A stretch of DNA of 64,000 bases from Sumerlaeia bacterium (lineage in GTDB: Bacteria > Sumerlaeota > Sumerlaeia > MVZB01): the NCBI GenBank assembly GCA_041687335.1, contig JAWLCE010000005.1, positions 13,201-77,200 of the forward strand, given 5' to 3'. Positions 1 to 10,926 of this stretch are shown here, piece after piece. The translations under genes and the position numbers were made by a program. A model generated the notes under the pieces. It was not told the DNA's origin and ran no database searches. It saw only the letters and a list, made by a program, of their open reading frames with translations. Positions within the stretch are counted from its first letter, which is position 1; each line of letters starts with the position of its first letter.

Positions 1-161
1 CCACAGTTTTGGCAATATCCTAACTCACGAAAGAGAGGAGTTCAAGGTATTCTTATCCGTTGAGGTCATGAATTCGTAAGTCCAGGCGCGCCAGCGGTTG
101 ATGGGGGCAATCGGCGGGCGCGGGAGGCCGAGGGGAGCGTTTTTTTGTAGAAATCGGCACT

Positions 162-1224
162 TCAGCGGGCACCGCCGCCGCCTTGCAGGCGCGGGTCGAT
201 GACGTCGCGCAGGGCGTCGCCGACCAGGTTGAAGGCCAGCACGGCGAGGAAGATCGCGATGCAGGGCGGGAAGATCAGGTGGGGGGCGGTGATCAGGTTG
301 TCGTAGCCCGAGCGCAACATGTTGCCCCAGCTGGGGTAGGGAGGCTGGACGCCGAAGCCGAGCCAGGAGAGGCCGGCCTCGACCAAAATCGCGGTGGCGA
401 TGCCGAAGGTGACGCTGATGAGGACGGGGGCCAGCGAGTTGGGCAGCAGGTGGCGGAAGATGATGCGGCCGTGGCCGGCGCCCAGGGCGCGGGCGGCCTG
501 GGTGTAGTCGAGCCCGCGCAGGCGGATGATCTCGCCGCGCGAGTAGCGGGCGATGCCGACCCAGCTGGTCAGGCCGATGACGATCATGACGTTTTCGATG
601 CGCGGGGGGAACCAGGCGAGGATCGCCAGGATGAGGAAAAAGGTCGGGAAGCAGGCGACGATCTCGATGAAGCGCGAGATGGCGATGTCGGTCCAGCCGC
701 CGGCGTAACCGGCGATGGCGCCGAAGAAGAGGCCGATGACGACGGCAATGCCCATCGAGATGAAGCCGACGCGCATCGAGACGCCGGTGCCATGGATCAT
801 GCGCGCCATCACGTCGCGGCCGACCTCGTCGGTGCCGAGCCAGTGACTGGCGGAGGGGGGCTGGAGGGGGGCGTCGCCAATCTCGAGCGGGCCGTGGGGG
901 ATCGGCGGCCAGATCGCCCAGTCGCCGCGGGCGGGGTCGAGCGCGCCCTTGACGCTGAAGCCAGGCCAGCTGAAGGGGGGGCTCTTGGGCACCAGGCGGT
1001 CGATGCCGGGGAACTGGTGGAAGGTATCGAGCAGGGCGGGGAAGTAGAAATTGCCCTCGTAGCGCACGACGATCGGGTCGCCGCTGGCGAGCAGGGGCGA
1101 CATGAAGGCGAGGACGAACATGATGGCGACGATGGTGAGGCCGGCCATGCCCAACCGATAGCCGCGATAGCGGCGCCAGGTCAGGCGCCAGAAGCCGGGG
1201 GATTTGATTTGCATGACGGGCGCG

Positions 1225-1232
<8 letters not shown>
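162..1232 (-). CDS. ABC transporter permease, DppC/OppC family (peptide/nickel importer, inner membrane component)
   Basis: 356-aa ORF with multiple TM segments and a C-terminal half typical of binding-protein-dependent permeases. Overlaps the upstream permease stop and sits in an SBP-permease-permease operon on the minus strand. ATG at 1232..1230. Confidence 0.85.
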
Positions 1233-2442
<1,210 letters not shown>

Positions 2443-2456
2443 CACGCCCCCAACGT

Positions 2457-4196
2457 TTAATGTAGCGACATCTCTGCCGGTACCCACCACTTGGAGTAAC
2501 CGGGGTAATGGCCGTGGATGCCGCGCGGAGAGAAATTGACTCCGCGGATCTTGTTGTTGAGGACGAACGTCGCCGCCTGGTTCCAGATGAACAGCGACGG
2601 CTGGTCCTCGTAGATCAGCTTCTGGATCTCACCGAAATACTCCGCCCGCTTCTGCTCGTCAAACTCGCGCACGACCAGCTCAAACAGCTCGTCCACGCGC
2701 GGGTTCGAGTAGCCACCGTAGTTGCGCCCCTCCTTGTGCATCTCGCTCTTCCAGATATTGTCGCTCGTGTCAGGATACACCCCCGTTCCCCAGCCGGCCA
2801 GATATGCTTGAAAGTCGCGCGCCTCCGTGCGGGAGAACAGCGCAGCCACCTCCATCGTCCGTAGCGACATCTCGATCCCCAGCCGGCGCAGGTCCTGCTG
2901 GAAAACCGCAGCCGCGTTCGCCCGCTCAGGCTGTCCCTGCGCGAACAGCAGCTCGAACGCAAAACGCACACGTTGCCCATCAATTACTTTGTAGCGCCAG
3001 CCGTCGGTCTCGTCGCGCAGCCAGCCGGCCTCATCGAGCAGCTGCGCAGCCCGTGCCGGGTCGTACTCGATCGGCTCGATCTCCTCATTGAACATCCAGG
3101 AGTCGGGGTGAAAGATCCCCAAGCACTGCGTGTTGAGCCCGTAGCCCACCGTGCGCAGCACGTGCGGCATGTTGAACGCATGCGCCAGCGCGTGGCGCAC
3201 CTTGAGATCCTGGAAGAACGGCACCGAGGGGTTCTTCTGATTCCAAGTTATATGGATGTAGGTCCACGAGGAGCTGAGAGCCTTGTTCCCGATTTGGGCA
3301 AATCTTGAGTCATTGGTCTCGAAGGCAAACTGCTGCGACGTAACCTCCAACTCGTCGAGCTGGCCCTGATTGAACAGTTGCAGCGACGTGTTGCGGTCGG
3401 GTTGGATCTTCAGCACGATCCGCTTCCAGTAAGGCTTTTCGCCAGGGTAGTCTTCCCAGCGCTCGTAGACCAGCCGGTCCTCTGGGATCCACTCCACCAG
3501 CTTGTAGGGGCCGTTGCCGATAACCTGCTGGCGTGCGTAGCGGGTATAGTACTCGCTCTGTCGCATGGTCGGGTCCTTGGCGCGCTCTTCGGGGTTGCCG
3601 AAAATATGCTTGGGCACCAATGGGGTGCCGGAGACTTCCCACTTGTTGATCGGCAGCGATTCCTTCATCACAATTCGTAGCGTGCGCGCGTCAATCGCCT
3701 CCATCGACTCGATTTGACGGGCGCGGTCACGGAAGGTCAACGCTGGTACCTGTTCATCGAGCACCGCCTGCCATGAAAAGACGAAGTCCTCGGCAGTCAG
3801 CGGGTGCCCGTCGTGCCACTTCAGACCCTCCTGTAGCACGAACGTCCACTCACGCTGGTCCTCGGACGCTTCATAAGACTCAACCATGTCGGGGTTGACC
3901 ATCCACTCAAAGTCCGCGTCGAAGCTTGTCAGCCCCTCAAAGAGCGGCCCCTGTCCATAGCTGTCATACGTCGTCGAGTAAAAAAGCGGGTTGAGCGTGT
4001 TGGGGCTGCCGGGGGAGTGGCGATAGAGGGTCTGGCCGGTGGCGACGGCGGCGGGGTCGTCGGGGAAGGGCTCAAGCATCTGGGGCGGGTTGACCAGCGG
4101 GTCCTCGGCGGGGTCGTAGGTGCGGTCGACCGGTTGGCAGGCAGCCAAGGCCAGGGCGGCCAGGCCGAGGGCGATCCAGGAGGTCAGTTTGTGCAC
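2457..4196 (-). CDS. ABC transporter substrate-binding protein, family 5 (peptide/nickel), lipoprotein
   Basis: 579 aa with an N-terminal lipoprotein signal (LAALALAAC) and SBP_bac_5-like length and composition. GTG start at 4196. Heads the three-gene importer operon; no ATPase genes within the window. Confidence 0.85.
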   Translation of the reverse strand: MHKLTSWIALGLAALALAACQPVDRTYDPAEDPLVNPPQMLEPFPDDPAAVATGQTLYRHSPGSPNTLNPLFYSTTYDSYGQGPLFEGLTSFDADFEWMVNPDMVESYEASEDQREWTFVLQEGLKWHDGHPLTAEDFVFSWQAVLDEQVPALTFRDRARQIESMEAIDARTLRIVMKESLPINKWEVSGTPLVPKHIFGNPEERAKDPTMRQSEYYTRYARQQVIGNGPYKLVEWIPEDRLVYERWEDYPGEKPYWKRIVLKIQPDRNTSLQLFNQGQLDELEVTSQQFAFETNDSRFAQIGNKALSSSWTYIHITWNQKNPSVPFFQDLKVRHALAHAFNMPHVLRTVGYGLNTQCLGIFHPDSWMFNEEIEPIEYDPARAAQLLDEAGWLRDETDGWRYKVIDGQRVRFAFELLFAQGQPERANAAAVFQQDLRRLGIEMSLRTMEVAALFSRTEARDFQAYLAGWGTGVYPDTSDNIWKSEMHKEGRNYGGYSNPRVDELFELVVREFDEQKRAEYFGEIQKLIYEDQPSLFIWNQAATFVLNNKIRGVNFSPRGIHGHYPGYSKWWVPAEMSLH

Positions 4197-4422
4197 GTGT
4201 GGCGTGTCCTTGATGTGATGCGAGCCGTGGGATGCGAGCGGGCCGGCCGTGGGGGCGGGGGGATGTGACCCCGCTCCGGCCGCCGCCGCATGCTGGATAG
4301 CATCTTAGCTTCAATCTATTGGAGATGCAAGTTCATGCGCATGAAAAGGAACGCGCGGGGGGCATCTTGAAATGCTGCCGGGAAGGGTAGGTCGGGTGGG
4401 ACAGCGGTGGGGATATCAGCAC

Positions 4423-4572
4423 ATGCCGCTCCTAACGGAGCTCTGACCCGGGGGGTGTTGGTTGCTACAAACATGCCGCTCCTCCGGAGCTATGTGCCCC
4501 GTCCGGGGCTGTTTCACGCGAGCCATCATTGGCCTTCGCTCGATGCGGCACGGCACGCTAAACACATACTCG
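4423..4572 (+). repeat. hairpin-rich intergenic repeat, family A, copy 1 (internal unit gccgctcc-NNN-ggagct)
   Basis: About 80% identical to 6790..6926 in direct orientation. A partial extra unit lies at 4606..4680. Contains multiple GC hairpins (gctccNNNggagc, gccccgtccggggc). Confidence 0.65.
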
Positions 4573-4889
4573 AAGGTGAAATGTGTTTAGCGGGAGGTGG
4601 TGTCACAGGCCGCTCCACCGGAGCTAACTGGCCTCCGGGGCTGTTTCGCGCCAGCCCGCGGCCCTCGCTCGATGCGGCTGCTTTCGATCGGAGTGTCGCC
4701 CCTGCCGGGGCTTGTGGGTTTCATTTGACCCCCACCCATGGCTCACGCCATGGGCTACCGAAGTATCGCCCCTGCCGGGGCTTATGTGGCCGGCAGGGAC
4801 GGCAAGGTATCGAGTGGTTCCTTGGCCTGGACAGGGACTTCCAAAGGATCAACGGTTCGGCAAAGGTCGCTAAACATATATGGCGCTAT

Positions 4890-4936
4890 GAACCGAAACT
4901 GGAGGCGATGTCGGGTCGAAGACCCGACCTACCACG
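4890..4936 (+). repeat. hairpin element, family C (gtcgggtcgaagacccgac core), copy 1
   Basis: gaaccgaaactggaggcgatgtcgggtcgaagacccgacctaccac. An inverted copy lies at 62070..62108 and a truncated copy at 6547..6579. Confidence 0.65.
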
Positions 4937-4958
4937 TTTAAGTCGTCCGAAAGCGGGG

Positions 4959-6422
4959 TCACCGCAGCCGCAGGAAGATATCGCCGGGGCTGGTGGTGCC
5001 GTTGGTGGGGTCGTAGGCGATGGCGGCGCGCTGGTCGGCGCGGTCGGGGCCGAGGCTGTAGATAACCGTGCCAGCGGGTTCGTCAAGCTCGCGCAGCGGG
5101 CCGTCGGCGAAGGGGTCCCGCGGCGGGGTGGGCGCGGCGCCCTCGACGGCGATGGTGCGATCGAGCGCGGCCAGACAGACCCGCAGCCGCGCCAGATTGG
5201 TGGCGGTGCGCACCATACATTCCATATGATTCGGAATACGATCAGAGTATTGTATAAGGGCATGATATTCAAACTCATGGATGATATTTTGATCCAACTG
5301 CTCGAATACCGTCTTATGATGCTCATCGAAGGCGTGCAGGATTTCGGGTGCCTGGACCTTCAGAAGAGCCGTGCGCGCCGCACTTTGATAGACCGCTCCG
5401 GCCATTGGTCCGGGTTCAAAAAGAGCCAGGTCAAGAGCTTCGAAAAGATCCATGCTTCGGTTACGCCGCATTGGCGGACCAATGCCTGATTTGAACAATT
5501 CCCAAGTCGGCGTTCTCAGGTAGCTGATCTGGAAGGAGCGTGCCTGTAGGTATTCGACCGTGGAGACGGCGCGGACATCCTGCAGCGTGATCTCGTAGGG
5601 CTCCAGTCCGGCGCGAAGGCGCCGCGCCAGCTCGGGCGGCGGCGGGGCCTCGGCCAGCCAGCTATTCAGTTCGGCATAACCCTGAGTCTGCATCGAAAGG
5701 GCCACCAGTACGCTGATCAGGTACGGCTCGCGGATCGAATCGGCCAAGGGCTGGATCGCGAGCAGGGCCTCGGCGGCGCCGGCCGGATCGCCCGCCTCGC
5801 GGCGGCGGCGGCTTTCGGCAGCCAGCACCTTACTGACATTATTCCAAAACAGGTAATTGGGTAACGGCCATGCCGACATTTCGGAGGCGCTGGAGCGACG
5901 CTGCTGCCAGAGGGCCATCAACTCGCCGGCCTGGATCTGTTTCACCCCACCCAGCTCCGCCAGCCGCTCCAGGTCGGAAACCAGTTCCTGGTTGGACACC
6001 AGCCAGTCGGCCATGCCGGGCAGGAGCGGATCGCCCCCCTTCCAGCCCTCAAGGACATCGTTTTCATTGCGTGGATAAAAGATGGAATCGTGCAGCTCAA
6101 GCCGCTCATGCCATTTGTTAAAAATGGCCAACGCCTCGGGCGCCGAGCGTATGGCCAACATCTCGTTCAGGCCCGGCTCTGGGGGGAGGTGGGCATAATC
6201 AGTCCGGGGCTGCGCCGGGGTCGAGGGGCTGTGCGGCGCCGAGGGGTGTGGGGATTCCATCAGCGCCAGCAGCTCGGCCGGCGGCTGGCGCTGGGAGTCC
6301 GGGATGGCATTGAGCCGGAAGATGACGCTCAGCACGAGCATGGCCGCCAGCGGCGGGAGGAAGACGATCCCCGCCAGGATCCACGGCCAGAGCCGTCGTT
6401 TTGGTTTGCTGGTTTCGGTCAT
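4959..6422 (-). CDS. hypothetical membrane-anchored protein
   Basis: In-frame ATG at 6422 (MTETSKPKRRLWPWILAGIVFLPPLAAM...) gives a single N-terminal TM helix and a 460-aa, mostly helical, soluble domain. Strong GC3 bias. Upstream ORF extension rejected because it runs into a repeat region. Confidence 0.6.
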   Translation of the reverse strand: MTETSKPKRRLWPWILAGIVFLPPLAAMLVLSVIFRLNAIPDSQRQPPAELLALMESPHPSAPHSPSTPAQPRTDYAHLPPEPGLNEMLAIRSAPEALAIFNKWHERLELHDSIFYPRNENDVLEGWKGGDPLLPGMADWLVSNQELVSDLERLAELGGVKQIQAGELMALWQQRRSSASEMSAWPLPNYLFWNNVSKVLAAESRRRREAGDPAGAAEALLAIQPLADSIREPYLISVLVALSMQTQGYAELNSWLAEAPPPPELARRLRAGLEPYEITLQDVRAVSTVEYLQARSFQISYLRTPTWELFKSGIGPPMRRNRSMDLFEALDLALFEPGPMAGAVYQSAARTALLKVQAPEILHAFDEHHKTVFEQLDQNIIHEFEYHALIQYSDRIPNHMECMVRTATNLARLRVCLAALDRTIAVEGAAPTPPRDPFADGPLRELDEPAGTVIYSLGPDRADQRAAIAYDPTNGTTSPGDIFLRLR

Positions 6423-6546
6423 GCTGAACGCCTTGCAAAAAATATTACCCACTTTAAACAAGACGCGCGGCGGGGGCGTTGGTTGCAAGGTAATTTGTGG
6501 GCATGAAAATGAAACAGGGGGACATGGGCGCCGTATAAGAGATTTT

Positions 6547-6579
6547 CGAACCGACACCGGAGGCGATGTTGGGTCTTCG
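6547..6579 (+). repeat. hairpin element, family C, truncated copy
   Basis: cgaaccgacaccggaggcgatgttgggtcttcg matches the 5' half of the 4890..4936 element. Confidence 0.5.
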
Positions 6580-6635
6580 TATGTGATTAGGGGGGCAAGT
6601 GGCGCTGGCAACCTTGCTGAACACGGTCCCCCCTA

Positions 6636-6750
6636 TGGTTGCCACTGTGTCGCCCTTTCAGGGCTCGGGGAATTGGGCCGGCAGACCCAGGGTTACGCTT
6701 CGCTAACCCTGGGCTTTTTGAACTGTGCCCACCCTTTCAGGGTGGAATGC
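6636..6750 (+). repeat. structured intergenic repeat, family B, copy 1
   Basis: tggttgccactgtgtcgccctttcagggctc...cagggttacgcttcgctaaccctg...caccctttcagggtggaatgc. About 88% identical to 19091..19206. Confidence 0.7.
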
Positions 6751-6789
6751 CGGTGCATGCCGAGTGGGCGGTGCTTCTGTCGTCACAGC

Positions 6790-6926
6790 CTCTCCTACGG
6801 AGCTCTGACCAAGGGGTGTTGCTTGCTACAAACAGGCCGCTCCTCCAAAGCTTTTTGGCCCGCTGGGGCTAAGTCGCGCCTGCCAACGGCCCAAGCTCGA
6901 TGCGTCACGCTGAACAGATACCGTCG
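6790..6926 (+). repeat. hairpin-rich intergenic repeat, family A, copy 2
   Basis: ctcctacggagctctgacc..ggggtgttgcttgctacaaacaggccgctcctccaaagct...ctcgatgcgtcacgctgaacagatac, co-linear with copy 1. Confidence 0.65.
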
Positions 6927-7082
6927 GTCACCACCGGCTAAGCTTTTGCCCGTTCGGGGGCAATGTTTTTGGTCCATTTTGGCGATCTTGGCCGCTTGGC
7001 GCTTTGGCGTGAACCATGGCAGCCATTCGCCGAAGACTCGACCGGCCACTTCGGGGGCGGCTGGGCTGGGGCATGAAAGCTT

Positions 7083-7111
7083 TTGAATAATCCCCCGCAA
7101 TCTGTTAAAAA
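7083..7111 (+). promoter_or_regulatory. putative sigma70-like promoter upstream of aspS (TTGAAT-17 nt-TAAAAA)
   Basis: ttgaat at 7083-7088, 17-nt spacer, taaaaa at 7106-7111, about 80 nt upstream of the aspS ATG. Sequence-pattern call only. Confidence 0.3.
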
Positions 7112-7192
7112 ATGGACTTCTTCCATCCGCCGGGGCTGCGGCCTGCGGACCGCCCCCACCCGGCGGAGGGCCGGATCGAAAGGGATTCCACC

Positions 7193-9043
7193 ATGACATC
7201 GGGCATCTCGACGCTCGCCACCACCGCGCGCAGCTGCCGCTGCGGCGAGGTCACCACCGGACAGGTCGGCCAGGAGGTTGTGCTCAAGGGTTGGGCGCAC
7301 CATCGGCGCGATCACGGCGGGGTGCTGTTTGTTGACCTGCAGGACCGATCGGGGCTGGTGCAGGTGGTGTTCGATCCGGACCAGTTCAGCGGGGAGCTTT
7401 TCGATCAGGCGAGCCGGATCAAGCTGGAGTCGGTGCTGGCGGTGCGGGGGCTGGTGCGGCCGCGGCCGGAGGGGACGATCAACCCGGCGCTGGCGACGGG
7501 GCAGATCGAGGTGATGGTGACGGAGTATGAGATTTTGTCGCCGGCGGCGACGCTGCCGTTCCCGATCGACGAGCAGTTCAACGCCAGCGAGGACCTGCGG
7601 CTGAAGTATCGCTACCTGGACCTGCGGCGGCCCGAGATGCAGCACAACCTGGCGCAGCGGGCGCTGGTGGCGCGCACGATGCGGCGGGTGCTCGACGAGA
7701 ACGGGTTTTTGGAAATCGAGACGCCGTGCCTGACGCGGTCGACGCCAGAGGGGGCGCGCGACTTCCTGGTGCCGAGCCGGCTGATGCAGGGGACATTTTA
7801 TGCGCTGCCGCAATCGCCCCAGCTCTTCAAGCAGCTCCTGATGGTGGCGGGGATGGACCGCTATTACCAGATCGTGCGCTGCTTCCGCGACGAGGACCTG
7901 CGCGCCAACCGCCAGCCGGAGTTCACCCAGCTCGACATCGAGATGAGCTTTCCGACGATGGACGAGCTGTTTGGCGTGATGGAGGCGATGATCGCGGAGA
8001 TCTGGCGCCAGGCGCTGGGGGTGGAGCTGAAGACGCCGTTTGACCGGCTGACGTTCGCCGATGCGATGGCCCGATACGGCAGCGACAAGCCCGACCGCCG
8101 CTTCGGGATGGAGATCGTGGACGTGACGGGCGCGGTGGCGGCCGGGGAGTGCGAGTTCAAGGTCTTCAACGACCTGCTGGCCGAGGGGGCGGCGGTCATC
8201 CGGGCGATTCGCGTGCCGGGGGGCGGGGAGCGCTACAGCAACACCCAGCTCAAGCCGGGGGGCGAGCTGCCGGCCTATGCGGCGCGCCACGGGGCGAAGG
8301 GTCTGGCGTGGTTCCGGGTCGTGGCGGGCGAGGGCGGGGCGGTGCTGGAGTCCTCGATCTCGAAGTTCTTCCTGCCGGGGTGCCAGCGGCGGATCATCGA
8401 GGCGACGGCGGGCGAGCCGGGCGACCTGATCCTGATCGTGGCGGACAAGGCGGCGGTGGCGGCCAACGCGCTCGGGCAGTTGCGGCTGAAGCTGGGGGCC
8501 GAACTGGGGCTGATCCCGGAGGGGGTCTACAATTTCTGCTGGGTGACGGACTTTCCGCTGCTGGAGTGGAGCGCCGAGGACAAGCGCTGGTTCAGCATGC
8601 ACCACCCCTTCACGATGCCGGCGCCGGAGGACTGGGAGAAGCTGGAGAGCGACCCGGGCGCGGTGCGGGCGCTGGCCTACGACCTGGCGCTCAACGGCGA
8701 GGAGATCGGCGGCGGCTCGATCCGTATCCACCGGCGCGACCTGCAGGAGCGGGTCTTCAGCGTGCTGGGAATCGGCGAGGAGGAGGCGCGCAACAAGTTC
8801 GGCTTCCTGATGGAGGCGTTCCAGTATGGCGCCCCGCCCCACGGCGGCATCGCCTTCGGGCTGGACCGGATGATGATGAGCATCCTGGGAACGCAATCGA
8901 TCCGCGACGTGATCCCGTTCCCCAAGACGCAGACGGGCTCGGACCTGATGGTGGCGGCCCCCAACGAGGTCGACGAGGCGCAGCTCAAGGAGCTGGGGAT
9001 CCGGTCGACGGTGGTTCGGCGCGAGGAGCCGACGCGGGGCTGA
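7193..9043 (+). CDS. aspS: aspartate--tRNA ligase (AspRS)
   Basis: N-terminal anticodon-binding OB fold (GQEVVLKGWAHHRRDHGGVLFVDLQDRSG) and class II aaRS motifs (FRDEDLRANRQPEFTQLD, GGGSIRIH, GLDR). ATG at 7193 within the longer ORF beginning at 7112. Confidence 0.95.
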   Translation: MTSGISTLATTARSCRCGEVTTGQVGQEVVLKGWAHHRRDHGGVLFVDLQDRSGLVQVVFDPDQFSGELFDQASRIKLESVLAVRGLVRPRPEGTINPALATGQIEVMVTEYEILSPAATLPFPIDEQFNASEDLRLKYRYLDLRRPEMQHNLAQRALVARTMRRVLDENGFLEIETPCLTRSTPEGARDFLVPSRLMQGTFYALPQSPQLFKQLLMVAGMDRYYQIVRCFRDEDLRANRQPEFTQLDIEMSFPTMDELFGVMEAMIAEIWRQALGVELKTPFDRLTFADAMARYGSDKPDRRFGMEIVDVTGAVAAGECEFKVFNDLLAEGAAVIRAIRVPGGGERYSNTQLKPGGELPAYAARHGAKGLAWFRVVAGEGGAVLESSISKFFLPGCQRRIIEATAGEPGDLILIVADKAAVAANALGQLRLKLGAELGLIPEGVYNFCWVTDFPLLEWSAEDKRWFSMHHPFTMPAPEDWEKLESDPGAVRALAYDLALNGEEIGGGSIRIHRRDLQERVFSVLGIGEEEARNKFGFLMEAFQYGAPPHGGIAFGLDRMMMSILGTQSIRDVIPFPKTQTGSDLMVAAPNEVDEAQLKELGIRSTVVRREEPTRG

Positions 9044-9066
9044 GGGGGCGGGGAGAGTCAGAGTAA

Positions 9067-9103
9067 AGCCGCCAGAACCGGAAGGTCCTGGCGGCTTTTG
9101 GTT
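9067..9103. terminator. bidirectional intrinsic terminator between convergent aspS and the M16 peptidase gene
   Basis: Hairpin agccgccag / ctggcggct followed by ttttggttt. An A-rich tract on the other side could serve the minus-strand gene ending at 9121. Confidence 0.6.
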
Positions 9104-9120
9104 TGGCGCGGGTGCAGGGA

Positions 9121-10689
9121 TTATGGTTGCAGCGAGGCCTGTTCGGCCGCCGGGGGGGCGATGCGGGCGATGGTCAGGTTGCGCTCGACCAGGTATTGGG
9201 CGGCGAACTGCTGGAGCTCGGCGGGGGTGACGCGCTCGAGCTGGCGCAGGCGTTCCTCGAGATAGAAGGGGTCGCCGCCGATCTGGGCGGCGGAGGCCAG
9301 TTGCAGGGCCATGCCCATGTTGGTCTCGAGGCCGCGGATGGCGTCGGCGCGCAGCATCTTGCGGGCGCGTTCGATTTCGGCCTCGGTGACCGGCTCGGCG
9401 GCGAGCTGGGCGACCTCGGCGAGGATGGCGGCCTCGAGCTGGTCGAGGGTGGTGTCGCCGGCCGGGGTGGCGTAGATCATGAACAGGTTATCCAAGGCCT
9501 CGCCGGGGCCGGAGAAGGCTGAGACGTCGGCGGCGAGGCGTTGCTGCTTGACCAGTTTTTCGAACCAGCGCGCGCTGCGTCCGCCGCTGACCACCTGCAT
9601 GAGCAGCTCGGCGCGCAGGTCGTCGGGGTGGGGGGCCGAGGGCTTGTGCCAGCCCATCAGCAGGGTCGGCTGGGCATCGAGGGCGAGCTGGGCGCGGCGC
9701 AGGCCGTTCTGAGGGGGCTCGCTCGGGATGCGCGGCAGGATGAGGTCGTCGGGGCGGGGCGGGATGCGACCGAAGGTGTCGCGCAGGAGCTGGGCGGTTT
9801 GATCGACGTCGATGTCACCGACGATGACGCCGACGGCGCGGTCGGGGGTGTAGTGGGTGCGGTAGAACTCGCGGGCCTCGGTGGCGGTCAGGCGGGCGAT
9901 GTCGTCTTCCCAGCCGATGACGGGGTAGGCGTAGGGGCTGGCCTGGAAGGCGACGGCGAGGGTCAGGTCCCAGAGCTGGCTGACGGGGCTGTTGTCGCGG
10001 CGCATGCGGCGCTCTTCCTGGACGACCGAGCGCTCGGAGTAGAACTCGCGCATGACGGGGTCGAGCAGGCGTTCGCTTTCCATGCGGGCCCAGAGCTCGA
10101 GGCGGTTGGCGGGCAGGCTGATGAAATAGGTGGTGGCATCGGCGGAGGTCATGGCGTTCATGCCGGTGCCGCCCTCGCGGTTGTAGATTTCGTCGAATTC
10201 ATTGCTGACGACATACTGGCCGGCCTCGGCCTGCAACTCGGCGAGGCGCTGGAGGGTGGCGGCCAGCTCGGCCTCGAGTTGCTCGCGGTCGTGGTCGGGG
10301 CGGTCGAGCCGGCGGCGCAGCTCGTTGAGGCGCAGGGCCTCGGCCTCGAGGCGATCCAGGACCTCACGCTCGGCGGCGTAATCGCGCGTGCCGATGCGGC
10401 TGGAGCCCTTGAAGGCCATGTGCTCGAACATATGGGCGATGCCGGTCTGGCCGGGTTTTTCGTCCTTGCCGCCGACGTCGTAGCGGATGACGCCGGAGAC
10501 GATCGGGGCCCGCCGGGTGGGATAGAGCAGGAAGGTCATGCCGTTATCCAGGCGCACGACCTCCAGCTCGGCGAGCAGCTCGTAGGGCTGGGCCTCGGCC
10601 GGGGGCTCGGGGGCGGGGGCGGCGGCGGCCGGGATCGCCAGCACCAGCGCCAGCAGCAGGGTCAGGATTGCGCGAGAGTTGGTTTTCAT
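9121..10689 (-). CDS. M16 family zinc peptidase (pitrilysin/insulinase-like), secreted
   Basis: HxxEH inverted zinc-binding motif (HMFEHMAFKG). Signal peptide after the ATG at 10689 (MKTNSRAILTLLLALVLAIPAAA). Both M16 N- and C-domains are present in 522 aa. Confidence 0.85.
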   Translation of the reverse strand: MKTNSRAILTLLLALVLAIPAAAAPAPEPPAEAQPYELLAELEVVRLDNGMTFLLYPTRRAPIVSGVIRYDVGGKDEKPGQTGIAHMFEHMAFKGSSRIGTRDYAAEREVLDRLEAEALRLNELRRRLDRPDHDREQLEAELAATLQRLAELQAEAGQYVVSNEFDEIYNREGGTGMNAMTSADATTYFISLPANRLELWARMESERLLDPVMREFYSERSVVQEERRMRRDNSPVSQLWDLTLAVAFQASPYAYPVIGWEDDIARLTATEAREFYRTHYTPDRAVGVIVGDIDVDQTAQLLRDTFGRIPPRPDDLILPRIPSEPPQNGLRRAQLALDAQPTLLMGWHKPSAPHPDDLRAELLMQVVSGGRSARWFEKLVKQQRLAADVSAFSGPGEALDNLFMIYATPAGDTTLDQLEAAILAEVAQLAAEPVTEAEIERARKMLRADAIRGLETNMGMALQLASAAQIGGDPFYLEERLRQLERVTPAELQQFAAQYLVERNLTIARIAPPAAEQASLQP

Positions 10690-10926
10690 GAATGCGGTCA
10701 GTCCTTTGGGGATCGGGACGCGGGGGGCAGGGGGAGGCCGCCCGCGCACAACCTCATGCCCATCATTTTAGCCCAATCGGAAGCAACCCACAAAGCGCCA
10801 ACGACATGGGGGGCGTCGGTTGGGCGGGTTTGCGGCTTTGCGGGGGGAAAAACGATCCGCTATGATGGCGCTTTGAGCGGGGAACGTAGATTCGATGATG
10901 GAGCGAGCACGGTGGACAAAACCGAG

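Noticed and set aside
4407-5489. 360-aa plus-strand ORF
   Set aside because: It lies across the family A and family C repeat elements and then antisense to the 4959..6422 gene. It has no coding bias or motifs.
6938-8896. 652-aa minus-strand ORF
   Set aside because: It is antisense to aspS and is Arg/Pro/Leu-rich low-complexity sequence.
9541-10926. Upstream 460 codons of the 690-aa ORF containing YggS
   Set aside because: This part is antisense to the M16 peptidase gene. The YggS homology begins only at the ATG at 10927.
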